Made by a program: the position numbers and the translations under genes. A stretch of DNA of 64,000 nucleotides from the human T2T-CHM13v2.0 reference genome, Homo sapiens, in assembly GCF_009914755.1 (NCBI RefSeq), contig NC_060947.1; one strand, written 5' to 3'. Below are positions 27,461 to 40,993 of this stretch, one piece after another. The notes beneath the pieces are model-generated. The model did not search any database. It was not told where the DNA came from and worked only from the letters and a program-made list of their open reading frames with translations. Positions within the stretch are counted from its first letter, which is position 1; each line of letters starts with the position of its first letter.

Positions 27461-28054
27461 GATTATTTGTTAACATCTTAATTTGAAAACATTTTCTCCT
27501 GTGCCTCCCCAACTCCATTTCATATTTCTTTTCCTGATGTTTTTATACATTTCCAAACAAAACCAAAGTACCAAATGACTCAGTCAATTTAAGCCCAAAT
27601 ACACAGAGTTCCAAATCTTCTTCATAGCTTCATTGTTTCAGTATGAGAATATTTCTTAAGTGGGCAAATTCTACTCCAGGAGGCTTCAGAATGGTCAGGA
27701 ACTTTTTTTCTTATTTTCTTACACTTATTTCATTTAGATCCTGCATAATTCCTCCCAAGTTTATCCTATTACCAAGCAGTCTAATGGACAATAATGACAG
27801 GGAACCTTATATAACAGAGTAGTAAAGGTTAATGACAACAAGAGGTATAACATGAGCTGCTTTTATTTACTAGGAATATTAGTTGTTCTAGAATTTAAAG
27901 TCCAAAAGCATCACTGGAATCAATTTTCTAAGCATTAGTTTTATGTTTTATTTTTAAAAATAAAAAAGCATATATCATTTCAAGGAATATTATTACATGT
28001 TATTATAAAATTATATATTATATTATGAAATCATTTACATAATTTTTGCTTAAA

Positions 28055-28485
28055 TTATTTTTTGCAACTTTATTGAAGTATAGATGATGGTTAGAATTTA
28101 TATATTTACATATATTTTTATATATATTTAGAGTATACAACTTGATGATTTGATATATGTATACATTGCCACTTTCCCCATCTGCCACCACCTCCCCGCC
28201 TCAGCCTCTGGTAACTACCAAGCTACTTTCTATGTTCAACTGTTTTAGATTCCACATATAAGTGAGATCATGGATGTTTGCCTTTCTAGGCCTGGCTTAT
28301 GTCACTTAACATAATGTTCTCCAGGTTCCTCCATATTGTCACAAATGACAGGATTTCCTTCTTTTTTATGGCTGAATAGTATTCCATTTTGTTTATGTAC
28401 CACATTTTTTAAATTCATCCATTGACAGACACTTAGTTTCGCTATTGTGAATAATGCTGCAGTGAACATAGGAATACAGATATCT
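28055..28485 (-). mobile_element. L1MA/L1MB 3' end fragment
   Basis: cagcctctggtaactac..tagattccacatataagtgagatcatg..ttttatggctgaatagtattccatt. Confidence 0.8.
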
Positions 28486-28599
28486 AAGGGGGAGAGATTT
28501 TAAAACAAACTGAGCCTCAATTTGTTGCTATTTCTTTTCTGTATGTAAACTCTAAAGGTTCCTATTCAATTTCAGTCATGTTATCTGATATGGTAGCCA

Positions 28600-29085
28600 T
28601 TCACATTGGAATCTAAAAATCATTTCCAACCCGTTTCTTCTCTTGTCCACCTCTACCATGGAGGCTGAAAAAACCTGAGACTCACTTTCCTATTCTCCCC
28701 TGCCAATGAGATATAAGGGAAGTTATTATGGGGCTTCATGGAAAGTTTGTACTTTCTAATAAAAGGAACAAGGTACATAAATGGCTTGTCTCAGTCTAAT
28801 TTCTATGAATTCCTGCCTTTAAATGCTACTTTGTTATTGTGATACTTGCAGCTAGGAAGAGCATCTTGAAACCATGAAGCAACCATTCAAAGAACAAAAT
28901 CCCATATGCTAAGGATGGTCAAACATAACAGCAGAAAAAGCCTATGTCTTTCATGACATGGGTGAGCCACCAAACCAACCTGACATTGAGGTACCTCCAA
29001 TGGTTTATATCATTGCAGTTTGTTTATTATTGTTGTTGTTATTCATATTGCTATTGCTTGCTGCCCAAAGCATTCCTCATTGATT
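28600..29085 (+). mobile_element. Old MLT1 (MLT1K-like) LTR
   Basis: gcatcttgaaaccatgaag..atgctaaggatgg..cagaaaaagcctatgtc..ttgctgcccaaagcattcct. Confidence 0.5.
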
Positions 29086-30987
29086 AAATCTGGAAAGAGT
29101 AAGCTATCATGCCATTAGTGCTTCCACCTTAATCAGCTTAATTTCTTACACCTCACAAGATCTGAGAAGAACAGGTACATTTTGATTGTGGTTAGAGGGT
29201 AGAACATGAAAAAAGGAAAAAATAAATAATGTTCACCATAATGAGGGAAGCTTATTTGGCACCAAGGAAGACAAAAAAGGAAAATATACACTAGTTAGGG
29301 AAAATAAAAGGAAATGTAGAGTACATGTTTTGCCCTTTTAGTTGCACCTGGGTGCCCAGTTGACCCTGGGTACAACATTTAAAAAAAGTTGTGTTTAATT
29401 TGTAATTATATGCTGTTTAACATTATAATTGCATGTGAACCATGACAAATTATTAATTCCACTCTAGATCTCTCCTGTCATATAGACAGTGGTTTGAATG
29501 CTTAGGACATGGAAATCAATTTCTTGACTGGTCTAAGGTACACATCATTAGAAAAGAATACCTGTTGCAAAAAATTTTTAAATGTGAGTGATTTGTATCC
29601 TTTGTTGTTTTGGACTATTCATGCTCCCAGCCCTTTTCCGTATTTTATGAAGTCTTTAATCAATACCTATTTAAATCTTTGAGGAATGCCATCATGATCA
29701 AATTGGAACTTCAAGAAGTTTGAAAGATTTTCTCTCAATAGATTGAGTCACTGCCTTTCACCTGTTTTCCTACTTAAGGAAATATAAATTATGTATTTAA
29801 ACATCCTCTTGCTCTTAGATATGGTATATATGCTTCTGGGACCCTTTCTGTTGGCACCTGTTCCTCTACTCTACAGTATTTCTCACTTAGAGGAAACCTA
29901 ATAAATGTATATCTAAAAGATATTGCTCTATTGTGCATATATATTTTATGAAATAATTATTTGCTGAAAGTATTTTCAGAAGAGCTGTTTTAGGTAGGAA
30001 GATTTTCAAATACCATTTGATAACTTATATGTGAATTACTACCTTTCAGAAATAATAACTGTAAAGCAGGATATATCTTTATTTACTTTTACTTTTCCGA
30101 AGGTTTGATGTATGCTTTCAGTCTTCAGAACCTGTACTTGGAATTCTGTTTATAACCGAGAAGTATGCAATGCTTTCCTATTTAAGAAACTCAAACCAGC
30201 GTATTGCTTTTTTGGTGGCTTTAATATTGGTTGAAATTACCTTTAATGTATGATGTATATTCAGTTGGTTGTCATAGAAAATATTATTCATTAACAGTTT
30301 TATTATAAAAGACAGTAATTGAAAATACACCAAATATTGATTTTTGACCAAATTAAATAAGTTCTTTTTCTGAGAGCTTTTCAGGCTATGAAAGTATAAA
30401 GATGTTTGGAAACATATCTTGATATGTGTTCATTTTAAGGTATACTGAAGTTTTTCAATTGTTAATCAGTGCAGCACATGATGGGTGTTATCCATCCAAC
30501 ATGTAATACAATTTTACTTTTATAGCAATTACCGAAATTGACTGAAGAGCCTGAGTAGAACAATAATCATGGAAGAAATTGGAATATGTGTAAATTGATC
30601 TGATCTGAAGGGCAGAAAGACTTACGAGGAATAAAAAAAAAAAGTTATGGATCCATAAAGTAAAAGAATTTTTTTTTCAAAGTTTAGTTCACTATTATAT
30701 ACCAAAGAAAAGTGCCATCTGACTAAGAAGCCCTGTTCTATTAAATTCTTACTAAATATCTGTTTCTATGTGGAAATAAATGCTAAACTCCATTATCTTG
30801 CTTTCATATTACTAACATTAGATTTGTTAAAAGATCCTCGGTAAATAAGTGAATTGATTTCAATGGTGATTTTTTGAATCACATGTATTAATAGCAAGAA
30901 AAATATATTATTTGGGATTAGGAACAGAAAATATCAAAAGCATTTTAATAAACGGTATAAATATGTTTTATGAGTTTTTTTTAAAAA

Positions 30988-31735
30988 ATCAGTCATTCAT
31001 TCATTTACTCACTAAGTATTTACTAAGCATGCCGTATGTGTCAGGTTCTGCCCTAGGGTGGCGGATTCCAATTAAAGCATGAGTAAGACAGTCTCACCTC
31101 AAAAAGACAGTAGGAGAGATAGACTGATAGGTCATTATACTGTGGTAAGTACATATAAATATGTACAGCAAATTGTGAGGAGCAAGGAGGAGAAAACCAT
31201 AAACTGGGTTAAGGAGAGGCCCAGGGATTGCTTTCTGGAGAGGTTTTGAGGAACTACAAGCAGTGTTGCTGTAGTAAAAATTGTAAGGCAGGAGTGGTGA
31301 GGGATGAGTCTAAAGAGTTAGCTAGGGCCAGACCTTGAGGGTCTTGCTTGGAAGTTAGACTTTATTCTGTGGATGGTGGAAACCCATTAAAGAAGTTTTA
31401 ACAAAGTGGAGAAGGAATACAATGGGGAGAAATGGTCAAATTTCCTTAGAGAAAGGTCCTTTGGTGGATACATGGATCATATTCTTGAGGAGGATGGGCT
31501 AGACACAAGGAGACCAGGCAAATCTATTGCAGTAATCCAGGATCAAAGATATGAGGGTTTGAATCAGAGCAGTGGCAAAAGAAATACAGAGGGGGCTCTG
31601 AATTCAAGAAATGTTTGGAATATAGATTTGTAAGATCTAGGAATTGTTGGAATGTAAAGGTCAGGGTGAGGAGGGAAAATCAAGGATATCTTTAGGCTTC
31701 TCTTTTGGGTGAATTCAGTATTACTAACTAAAATA
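30988..31735 (-). mobile_element. L2 LINE, 3' part; continues in fragments to ~33900
   Basis: tcattcattcatttactcactaagtatttactaagc..gtgtcagg antisense L2 terminus, followed by a purine-rich L2 body. Confidence 0.75.
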
Positions 31736-31747
31736 GAGAGGGGAGTT

Positions 31748-32248
31748 ATGTCAATAAGCTATTGTTCCATTAAAAAGTACAGGAAAATTAACTGGCTTAA
31801 AACAACAATAATTTATTCTTCTTCACGCTTCTGCTACTTGATTGAGAGTTAACTGTTCTGCACTTGGGTTTGTCTAGCCCTGGGTTTGTCTGCACTTAGC
31901 TCCAGATGGTAGACAGGGTCCAATTTTTGCTGACCTTACTCTTGTCTTTATTAGACTTATGGGCTAGCCAAGAAATGTTCTTTCCATGACAAGGTCAAAA
32001 GCACAAGAACTGAAGTTGCCAAACTCCTACTTGAGTTACACCTGTGGTTATACTGACCGAAGCAAATCACGTGGATAAGCCCAAAGTCAAAGGGTAGGGA
32101 AGTATACTCCATCTCTAGTGGAAGGAACTTCAATGTCATTAGCAAAGGTAACTGGGGTAAGGAGAGGGCCAGGGATTGCTTTCTGGAGAGGACACTAAGA
32201 GGATGGACACTAGGAGGGATGAAGAATTTGGGCCAATAATTCAACACC
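31748..32248 (-). mobile_element. MLT1 (I/J-like) LTR within L2
   Basis: ggcttaaaacaacaataatttatt..agcaaatcacgtgg..aagcccaaagtcaa..gatgaagaatttgggccaataattcaa. Confidence 0.7.
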
Positions 32249-32515
32249 CTTATTGTTATTGTGAGTGATAGATTTGAGGGGAAGAAGACTGGAGGTTAAG
32301 AGGCTATTTCAAAGATGGTAAAAGTCCAGAGCAGTGGCAGCTGGAAAAGAGAGAAAATGATAGATTCAAGAAGTATTCAAGGCCTGGACATTGTTATAAC
32401 ATGGAGGACAGATTTAGGGGAAAGAGTCAAGGATGACTCTAGGCTTCCAATTTGACTGACTGAGATATGGAAAGAAGGATAGTGGGTTCAGTGTAGGAAA
32501 CATTGAGTCTGAGAG

Positions 32516-32652
32516 AGAGTGACAAAGAATTTTATCGTCAAAACCAGGGCACTTCAGAGAACGTGAAAGAGTGCTATTAATAATTACGCCAGAACCACCA
32601 GGGTAAACATGTCTTGGGACTGATCTCAGGAAAACGAGTTTATATTCACTCG
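32516..32652 (-). mobile_element. MER94-like hAT-Blackjack MITE
   Basis: gagtgaca..tttatcgtcaaaaccagggcactt..gtgaaagagtgctattaataattacgcc matches the reverse complement of the recalled MER94 consensus. Confidence 0.7.
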
Positions 32653-32690
32653 GGAGCGAGTTGCCTTTGGGTAATCAAAGTGAAGTTATT

Positions 32691-32738
32691 GAGCATCAGA
32701 GAAAGACTCTGTCTAAAAAATAAATAAATTAATTTAAA
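32691..32738 (+). mobile_element. Extremely 5'-truncated Alu (last ~25 nt plus A-rich tail)
   Basis: cagagaaagactctgtctaaaaaataaataaa flanked by TSD aaagtgaa(g/a)ttatt at 32677-32690 and 32739-32752. Confidence 0.7.
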
Positions 32739-34604
32739 AAAGTGAAATTATTTAGTATAATGTTGATATTTGAGTATGAAATTCAGTGGAGAGAACTGGT
32801 CTGGTGATATAGACTTGGGAGTTATCATTCATAGTTTAAAGTTTGAAAGCATGAGTCTGGTTGAAATCATCAAATGAAGCATATGCAGGATGAAATGAAT
32901 ATAATAGAATGAGAAGATGTTGCTGGAGTAGATGACAGATGAGGAACTTGAGAAGGAAAAGTCAACAAATAAGAATTTGATTTAAGCCAAAGAGTAGAAT
33001 TTAATGGACAAAATAATCATATGAGAACACTCAGGGTCAGAGCTGGCTTTGAGTATGACTAAAGTTAGAAATTTTAACACCATCTTTTTTTCCCTCAGAC
33101 TCTCTGTTTTTTTGTTTTGTTTTGTTTTTAAGCTGAGTGACTCTTTGAGGCTAGAGTCATGATCTTAGGCAGTTCCAGATTCATATTCTATTAGCTCCAA
33201 AACCAGAAAAAAAAAGGAGTTTTTTCCTTGTTATCTCAAAATACAAAATAAACCTGAGGGAAGACTCTAATTGGTCAGGTATAAGTCACATGCCCATCCC
33301 TCTACTAATCACCATGGCTAGAGAGTTGGGGACCCCCACATTAGTGAAGATGCAGGAGAGCAGTGGGGGTAAAAGTCAGATTACAGCAACTTGAGAAGTG
33401 ACTGAGAGGTGGTTTGGATGCAGCAAGTACAGATAAGCATTTTAATAAATTTATTATAATAAATATGAAGAAGAGACAAACTATACAGTAGACTACATGA
33501 AGGGCAATGCGTATGTATTTTAGATTTGTTTATAGGCTGAGATAAAGGAATCAGTGAAACTTGAGATATTCAAGTTAAAGAAAAAAAGAGAATGCTTGTT
33601 GGAACAAGATCATGGAGCAAGTCTGAGGAGATGAGATTTAGGACAAAAAAATGAAAGAATGTAGATTTGAAAAGGGAAAAGAACATCTAGTCCTCTGAAC
33701 CTATGATGAGGTACAGCTAAGTGTGGACATCAGTAAGTTAATGGAAGGGCAGTATATTGAGAGAGCCAAGGCTAAGAGGGAGGGCATCAGGGCCTGAGTA
33801 ATTTCAGAAGAGCATTGAAAAGTCATTGAGGGCACTGGCTTCAGGAACTGACTGAAGGTAAGGAAAAGAATTCACAGGTGATTAGGCTTAGCTGATTTGT
33901 GGACCACGAGTTTGTCTTCTCACCCAGTCTGTAGGGCTGTGTGATTTTTCTCTAGCTGTCCTGGATATGGGCATGAAGAAGGTAAATTGATCTAGGGTTG
34001 GTGCTTTGATGAGTTCACGTAAATGGGGACAAGATGCTCTCCTCAAGGAAACATACAGCTTTAGAGGCAAATACAAGGTCTTAAAGATAAGTAAGCAAGA
34101 ACAAGAAGGGAACTTTACTTATTTCTGGCATTCTGACATGGTAATGGTAGACCTCTCTATGAAATAACATTTCTAATTGACCTTTGCTTTCAATTTCTGT
34201 TGTGATGAGAAGTTTATAACTCTTGGACCATGCTGGAGTAAATCAAAACATAACAGATGTTTCACAATTTGCAAAACTGATTTAATTGTGTTTTATGTTG
34301 TATTATATTTCTGATAGTTATAACTTTCCTCCCCATCTTTCACCACACACGTACGCACACACATACACGCACAAATGGACATATAGCAACATCGTGTGCA
34401 AAGCTCTTTTGGTGTCACTATGAAGCTATGGTGAGTTAACATAATCAGAACATAATTTCAGGTCTCTAAGTTTCAATTCCAGTATGCCATATGAAGAAAA
34501 AATATTATCAAAAATAGAACAACTTTTATATAACTTTTATTTAATGATACCAAAATTCTTAGAGGTCATTGCAACAAAGTCTTATCAATAGCAGGAAATA
34601 TTTT

Positions 34605-34790
34605 GCAGCATACTGTAAAGAACACTGGATCTTTTTACCACTAATGAGATACGAGATCCAGGGCAAATGAGTTTTCTCATATCTGTAAAATTAGGGTTAT
34701 GGTCCCTTCTTGTATACCTCACAATGTGGTTATAAAAAAATCAGAGAGGATGTGGCAAAAAGTGTTTTATAAATAATAAATGAGATTATA
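34605..34790 (+). mobile_element. MIR fragment
   Basis: gtaaagaacactgga..catatctgtaaaattagg..tacctcacaatgtggttat. Confidence 0.55.
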
Positions 34791-37512
34791 ATTTATTGAT
34801 CAATTTTTTTAACATTACATTTATATTCATTTGGTACCACAGCATGGATTATTTAAAAACTGATGATTACACATTGGTCTCTTTCCAGGGAACTTAGAGG
34901 AATGGTTTAAATTGGTTGCCTATTATATGTAAGTTTGTTTAAAAATATCTAAATTATTTATGCTTCTTTCAATTTATGTAATAGATTTTAAGAGTCCAAA
35001 GATGATGACTCAAACTATTTACTTTGTTTTACTGTGTTTGCAAAATGAGTGAGGTAAAAGACTGGAATTATCTGCCAACATCGTCTGTATTGTGTTATGC
35101 TAGAAACATATAATTAGATGAACATTTTTTACTTATTTTTGTTCTTAAGGTTAAGAGACGACAGCCTTTTCTGACTGGGGAAAATGCTCACATCTTTTTA
35201 GTTGAGACTCACCCTTATGTAGCAATACACTGGCCGGGAAATGTAAAGAAAGTTCTAGGTTTTAAGTAATTAAATTTATGATTATCTTTCCCTAAAGGAC
35301 TCTGTGAATTGGCTCAATAGCTATTTCCTACCTCAGGATTCAAGTTCCATGTTGGGCTTTGGTAAGGACTCCTTCACTCCTACTTCTAGACTGAGTCCCA
35401 AGCTTCCAACCTGAGTATTTGTATCATCTGGGGCTTCTTAGTCATCACCACAAAGTGATCATGAGAGGAACAGGAGACAAATGCAGACCTTAGTCATTTA
35501 CTTATGGCCTGTTTTCCATGGTGGACCAAGTTGAAATTGAACACACCCATATACAAACATCCATACTGTATTGATTCTCCTAAGCCAACTCTACTGGTTG
35601 AACTGTGTGGGAAAGAAACAAAATGTAACTACATGGACTAATCTTGCAATTCCAAGCTAAACAATTATTTAGCATATAGTCTCAGTTTAAGATGCAAAAG
35701 CAGAAACTATTGTGGCCAGAGATTTTAGAATTCTACATCTATACTTGTACTTCACTTTGCCTAGTTGCTGGTTCTTGTCTATGCTCAGTGTAATTTGGGG
35801 CACTTTACTGAAAAATCTGTACTTAAATCAAGTCATTTAATTAATTAGATAATTAATTTAGTTCATTTTTATTTTGGTGAGAACATTTAACATGAGATCT
35901 ACCCTCTCTACAAATTTTTAAATGTACAATGAAGTGTTATTTACTATAGGCACAACGTTGTACAGCAGATTTCTAGAACTTAATCATCTTGCATAAGTGA
36001 AACTTTGTACCGATTGAATAGCAAGTGCCCATTTCCCCCTGCCAGTCCCTGGCAACTGCCACTCTAATTTCTGCTTCTGTGATTTCACTATTTCAGATAC
36101 TTTATATAAGTAAAATAATGCATTATTTGTTCTTCTATAACTGGCTTATTCCACTTAGCATAACGTCCACAAAGATCATCTATGTTATCTCATGTGGCAG
36201 GATTTCATGATTTTTTAATAATGAATAATATTCAATTGTATTTATATACCGTATTTTTTATCTATTTATCTCTAGTTGGACATTTAGGTTGTTTACATAT
36301 CATGGCTATTGTGAATAATGCTGCTATGAGCATGGGAGCGCAGATATGCCTTCGGGATCCATATTTCTATTTAATACCAGTAAATACCCAGAAGTGGGAT
36401 TGCTGGATCATTTGGTAATTCTATTTTAAATTTTCTGAGGAACCTCCGTATTGTTTTTTATAGCAGATCCACCATTCTACAGTCCCACTAACACTGTACC
36501 AGGGTTGCAATTTCATCACATCTTCACCAACACTTGATATCTTTCCTTTTTATTGTAGCCATTCTAAGAGGTATGAGGTGATATCTCATTGTGGTTTTGA
36601 TTTACATTTCCCTGATTATTAGTGATGCTGAACATCTTTTTATATGCCTCATGGCCATTCGTATGTCTTGTTGGGAGAAACGTCGATTCACAGTTTTTGC
36701 TCTTTTTAAATTTGGTTATTTGTTTTTCTGCTACTGAGCTGTAGGAAACCTTTATATATTTGTATATTCGCCCCTTATCAGATATATAGTTCGCAATTTT
36801 TTTTCTCATTCTGTAGGTTGCCTTTTATCTGTTGTTTCCTTTTCTGTGTAGAAGCTTTTTGGTTTGATATAGTCCCCTTTGTCTATTTTTTGCTTTTGTT
36901 GCCTGTGCTTTTGAGGCTACAGCCAAGAAATCATTGCCAAGAACCAACATTATGAAGCTTTCCCTGCTGTGTTTTCTGCTAAGAGTTTTAAAGTTCAGGT
37001 CTTACACTTAAGTCTTTAACTCATTTTTAGTGAATTTTTGTGTGTGGTGTATGGCATGGGTAGAATTTCATACTTTTGCAAGTGAATGTCCAATCTTCCC
37101 AGCATCATTTACTGAGAGGACTCTTTCCCAGTTGAGTGTTCTTGGCACCCTTCGTGAAGGTCTGTTGACTACATGTATGGGTTTAATTCTGGGCTTTCCA
37201 TTCTGTTCCATTGGTTGTATAGGTCTGTCTTTATGCCAGTATCATACTACTGGGTTACTGTAGTTTTGTAATACATTTTGAAATAGTGAAGTATGATGCC
37301 TCTAACTTTTTTTTAACAAGATTGTTTTGGCTATTCTGGGTATTTTGTGGTTCCATATGATTTTAGGATTTTTTCTATTTCTGTAAATAATGCCATTTGA
37401 ATTTTGATAGAAATTTCACTGAATCTGTAGATTGCTTTAGGTAGTATAGGTATTTTAACAATATCAACTCTTAGTCAATTTTCTGTTGCTATCACAGAAT
37501 ACCATAGACTGT

Positions 37513-37816
37513 GACTGGGCGTGGTGGCTCACGCCTGTAATCCCAGCACTTTGGGAGGCCAATGCAGGCAGATCACTTGAGGTCAGGAGATCGAGACCAG
37601 CCTGGCCAACATGGTGAAACCTCGGATCTACTAAAAATACAAAAATTAGCCAGGTGGAGTAGTGGGCACGTGTAATCCCAGCTACTCAGGAGACTGGGGC
37701 AGGATAATTGCTTGAGCCTGGGAGGCGAAGGTTACAGTGAGCTGAGATCGTGCCACTGCACTACAACCTGGGCAACAGAATGAGACTCCATCTCAAAAAA
37801 AAAAAAACAAAAAAAA
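37513..37816 (+). mobile_element. AluSz/Sx inserted in the MST 3' LTR
   Basis: Full Alu plus poly-A; agactgt duplicated on both sides. Confidence 0.93.
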
Positions 37817-38763
37817 CCCAGACTGTGTAATTTATAAAGTTTATTTACCTCATAGTTCTAGAGGTTAGGAAGTCTGAGAGCATGGTACCAGCATCTGCTA
37901 ATAGCCTTCTGGCTGTGTCATAATATGGTGGAGGACATCTTATGGCAAGAGGGAAGAGTGTGTCAGCTCAGATCACTCTTCCTCTTCTCATAGAGCCTCC
38001 AGTACCATCATGGGGGCCCTAGCTTGATGACCTTATTTAATTCTAATTACCTTTCAAAGACCCCATCTCCAAATCCCATTAACATATGGATTTGGGGATT
38101 AAGTTTCCAACACACACACAACATTTAGGGGACACCATCGAACTATAGCGTTCTGCCCCTGGCCCCCAAATTTTATTTTCTTTTCACATGCAAAATGTAT
38201 TAATTCCATTCCAGTAGCCCCAGAGTCGTAACTTGTTTCAGGATCAACTCAGAAGTCCAAAGTCCAGAGTCTCATCTGAATCAGATATAGATGAGACTCA
38301 AAATGTGCAATTTCCTTGCCAGCTGCAAGCCCGTGAGATCAAAACAAGCTATGTATTTGCAAAATGCAATGCTAAGCACAGGATAGTCATTCCTATTAAA
38401 GATGGAGAAAATAAGCAAGAAAAAATAAGTAGCTGGTCTTAGCACATCAAAACCCCAACAGGGAAACAACATTAAACCTTAAAGCTTAGAATGATCTTTC
38501 ACTCCATGTGCCATCTCTGGAATGTACTGGCGTGGGAGGGGGGGTTGGAATCTTCAAAGCCTTGGGCAGTTCCATCCCTGTGGCTTTGCTGTGCTCAGCC
38601 CATGCAGCAGTTTATACAGGTTGGAGTCTTATGCCTGCAGTTCTCCCAAGGGGACTGAATACTTGTAGATCTACAATTCTGAATTCTTGTGGGTAGTCCT
38701 TCCCCTGCAGCTCCACTAGGCATTGCCCTAGTGGGGACTCTCCGTGACAGCTCTAGCACTGAC

Positions 38764-39366
38764 TGAGGTGTGGCTCCTCACAAGAGGGCATTAGCTATGG
38801 GGATCTGCCCGCAGACCCTGACCTAAACGACGGATGAATAAAACGTACACTGACACACAGATATTCTGTTTTGCCAGTCCTGCTGACTGTCCGACCACCT
38901 GCACACCAAGAGAGGTTTGTCATTACGGCCGGCCCTGAGCAGCTCGCACTCCAGGCATTTATTTAGTACAGAATTAACAACAGAAGCTTTGAGTAAACAC
39001 ACTTGTGGATAATTAACATGGTTAAGAGAGTAGTTCTACTAATGATTAAAGCTCAGGTACCGCGGTTTAAAGTAAATACCATTAGGGGGCAATAGCCTTG
39101 GTCAACCTTCCCCCATGAGGGCCATCTGGCTCAAAGGTTAGTTATTGGAGGTAGGGTAAACAGACTTAAATGAGGAAGACTCTGTTGTCCCTAGTATTTA
39201 CCTTATGACCTAATTCTCTAATGTAAGAACCGGCTGCCTTCAGCCTGTTCAATTATTACAAGCTATGTAAGCTTTCGGCCTTCCAAACGGTTTGTGACTA
39301 TTCCCTATAACTTTCCCTAATATGTCCCTTTAATATTTCTGCCACCATCCTGAGTGAATCCCAACA
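38764..39366 (-). mobile_element. LTR22-family (HERV-K HML-5-like) solo LTR inside the MST internal region
   Basis: TG...CA termini. Minus-strand start tgttgggattcactcaggatggtggcagaaatattaaaggg. Perfect 6-bp TSD actgac at 38758-38763 and 39367-39372. Confidence 0.8.
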
Positions 39367-40333
39367 ACTGACCTTACATTTCTGCTCAGCATTGCCCTTG
39401 TAGCGGCTCTCTGCTGTGGCTCTACCCTGTGACAACTCTCTGCCTGGGCCTCCAGGCTGTTCATGCCATCCTTTGAAATCTGGGTGAAGGATGTTCCCAC
39501 AGCTCTTACATTCTGCACATCTCCAGAATTAGCACTTCATGGATGCTGCCAAAGTTTATGTCTCATACCGTTTAGAGTGGTAGGTCAAGTTGCACCTGGA
39601 GCATCTTGTGCCACAGCTGTTATGATGAGGAGTGCTGCACCAGAATGCAAGGAACAGAGACCCAAGGCAGCCCTGGCCAGTGGCCCATCCCTCAAAACCA
39701 TTCTACCCTCCCAGAGCTCTGAGCCTGTAATGGGAGGGGAAGACTCGAAGATCTCCAAGAGTTTTTCTCCTGATGTCCCGATAGTCTCTGGCTTTGTTTT
39801 ATCCATACTAATCTCCTTATCAATTGATCACTTAGTCACACCCTTGGTTTCCTGTGCTGAAAATGCTCTTTCATTCTCTACCACATGTCCAAAATCATTT
39901 CACTCTGCTTTCATTTTAATTACAAATTCTCTCTTCAAATCATCTCTTTCCTCTTTTGTTTTACTATAAGCTGTTAAAAGTAGCCTTGAAACATCCTGAA
40001 TGCTTTGCTGCTTTCGTATATGTTCCACAAGCTATTCCAGTTCATCACTCTTAAATTCTGCCTTCCATAAAGCATTCAACCATGAACATAGTTCAGCCAA
40101 GATTTTTGCTACTTTATAACAAGAATGGCCTTTTCTCCAGTTTCTTTAGTTCCATATGATACCTCATTAGAGTGGCTTTTACTGTCCGTATTTTTATCAA
40201 TATTTTGGTCAAGGCCACTTAAGCAATCTCTAAAATGTTTTAGAATTTCTCTGGTCTTCTCCTTTTTCTGAGCCCTCACCAGAGTCACTGTTAATGCACC
40301 ATTTATGGCAATGCAGGTATTTTTTTTTCCTAG

Positions 40334-40677
<344 letters not shown>

Positions 40678-40993
40678 TCCTCCAGATTCTTACAGCCTCT
40701 ACCCATCACCCAATTCCAAAGCTGTTTCCATATTTTCAGATCTCTGTTATAGCAATGGCCTCACTTCTTGTTGCCAATTTTCTACCTTAAGTGCATTTTC
40801 CATTGCTATGGCAGAATACCATAGACTGGGTAATTTATAAAGAAAAGAAGTTTATTTAGTTCATGGTTCTGGAGTCTGAGAAGTCCAAGAGCATGGCATC
40901 GACATCTGGCAAGGTCCTTTTTGCTTCATCATAACATGGCAAAAAGCATCATGTGACAAGAGGGCAAATGTGTGTTACCTCTCTTCCTCTTTT

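Noticed and set aside
39463-39969. Longest ORF (168 aa)
   Set aside because: It lies antisense within decayed MST internal sequence, and I recognise no domain.
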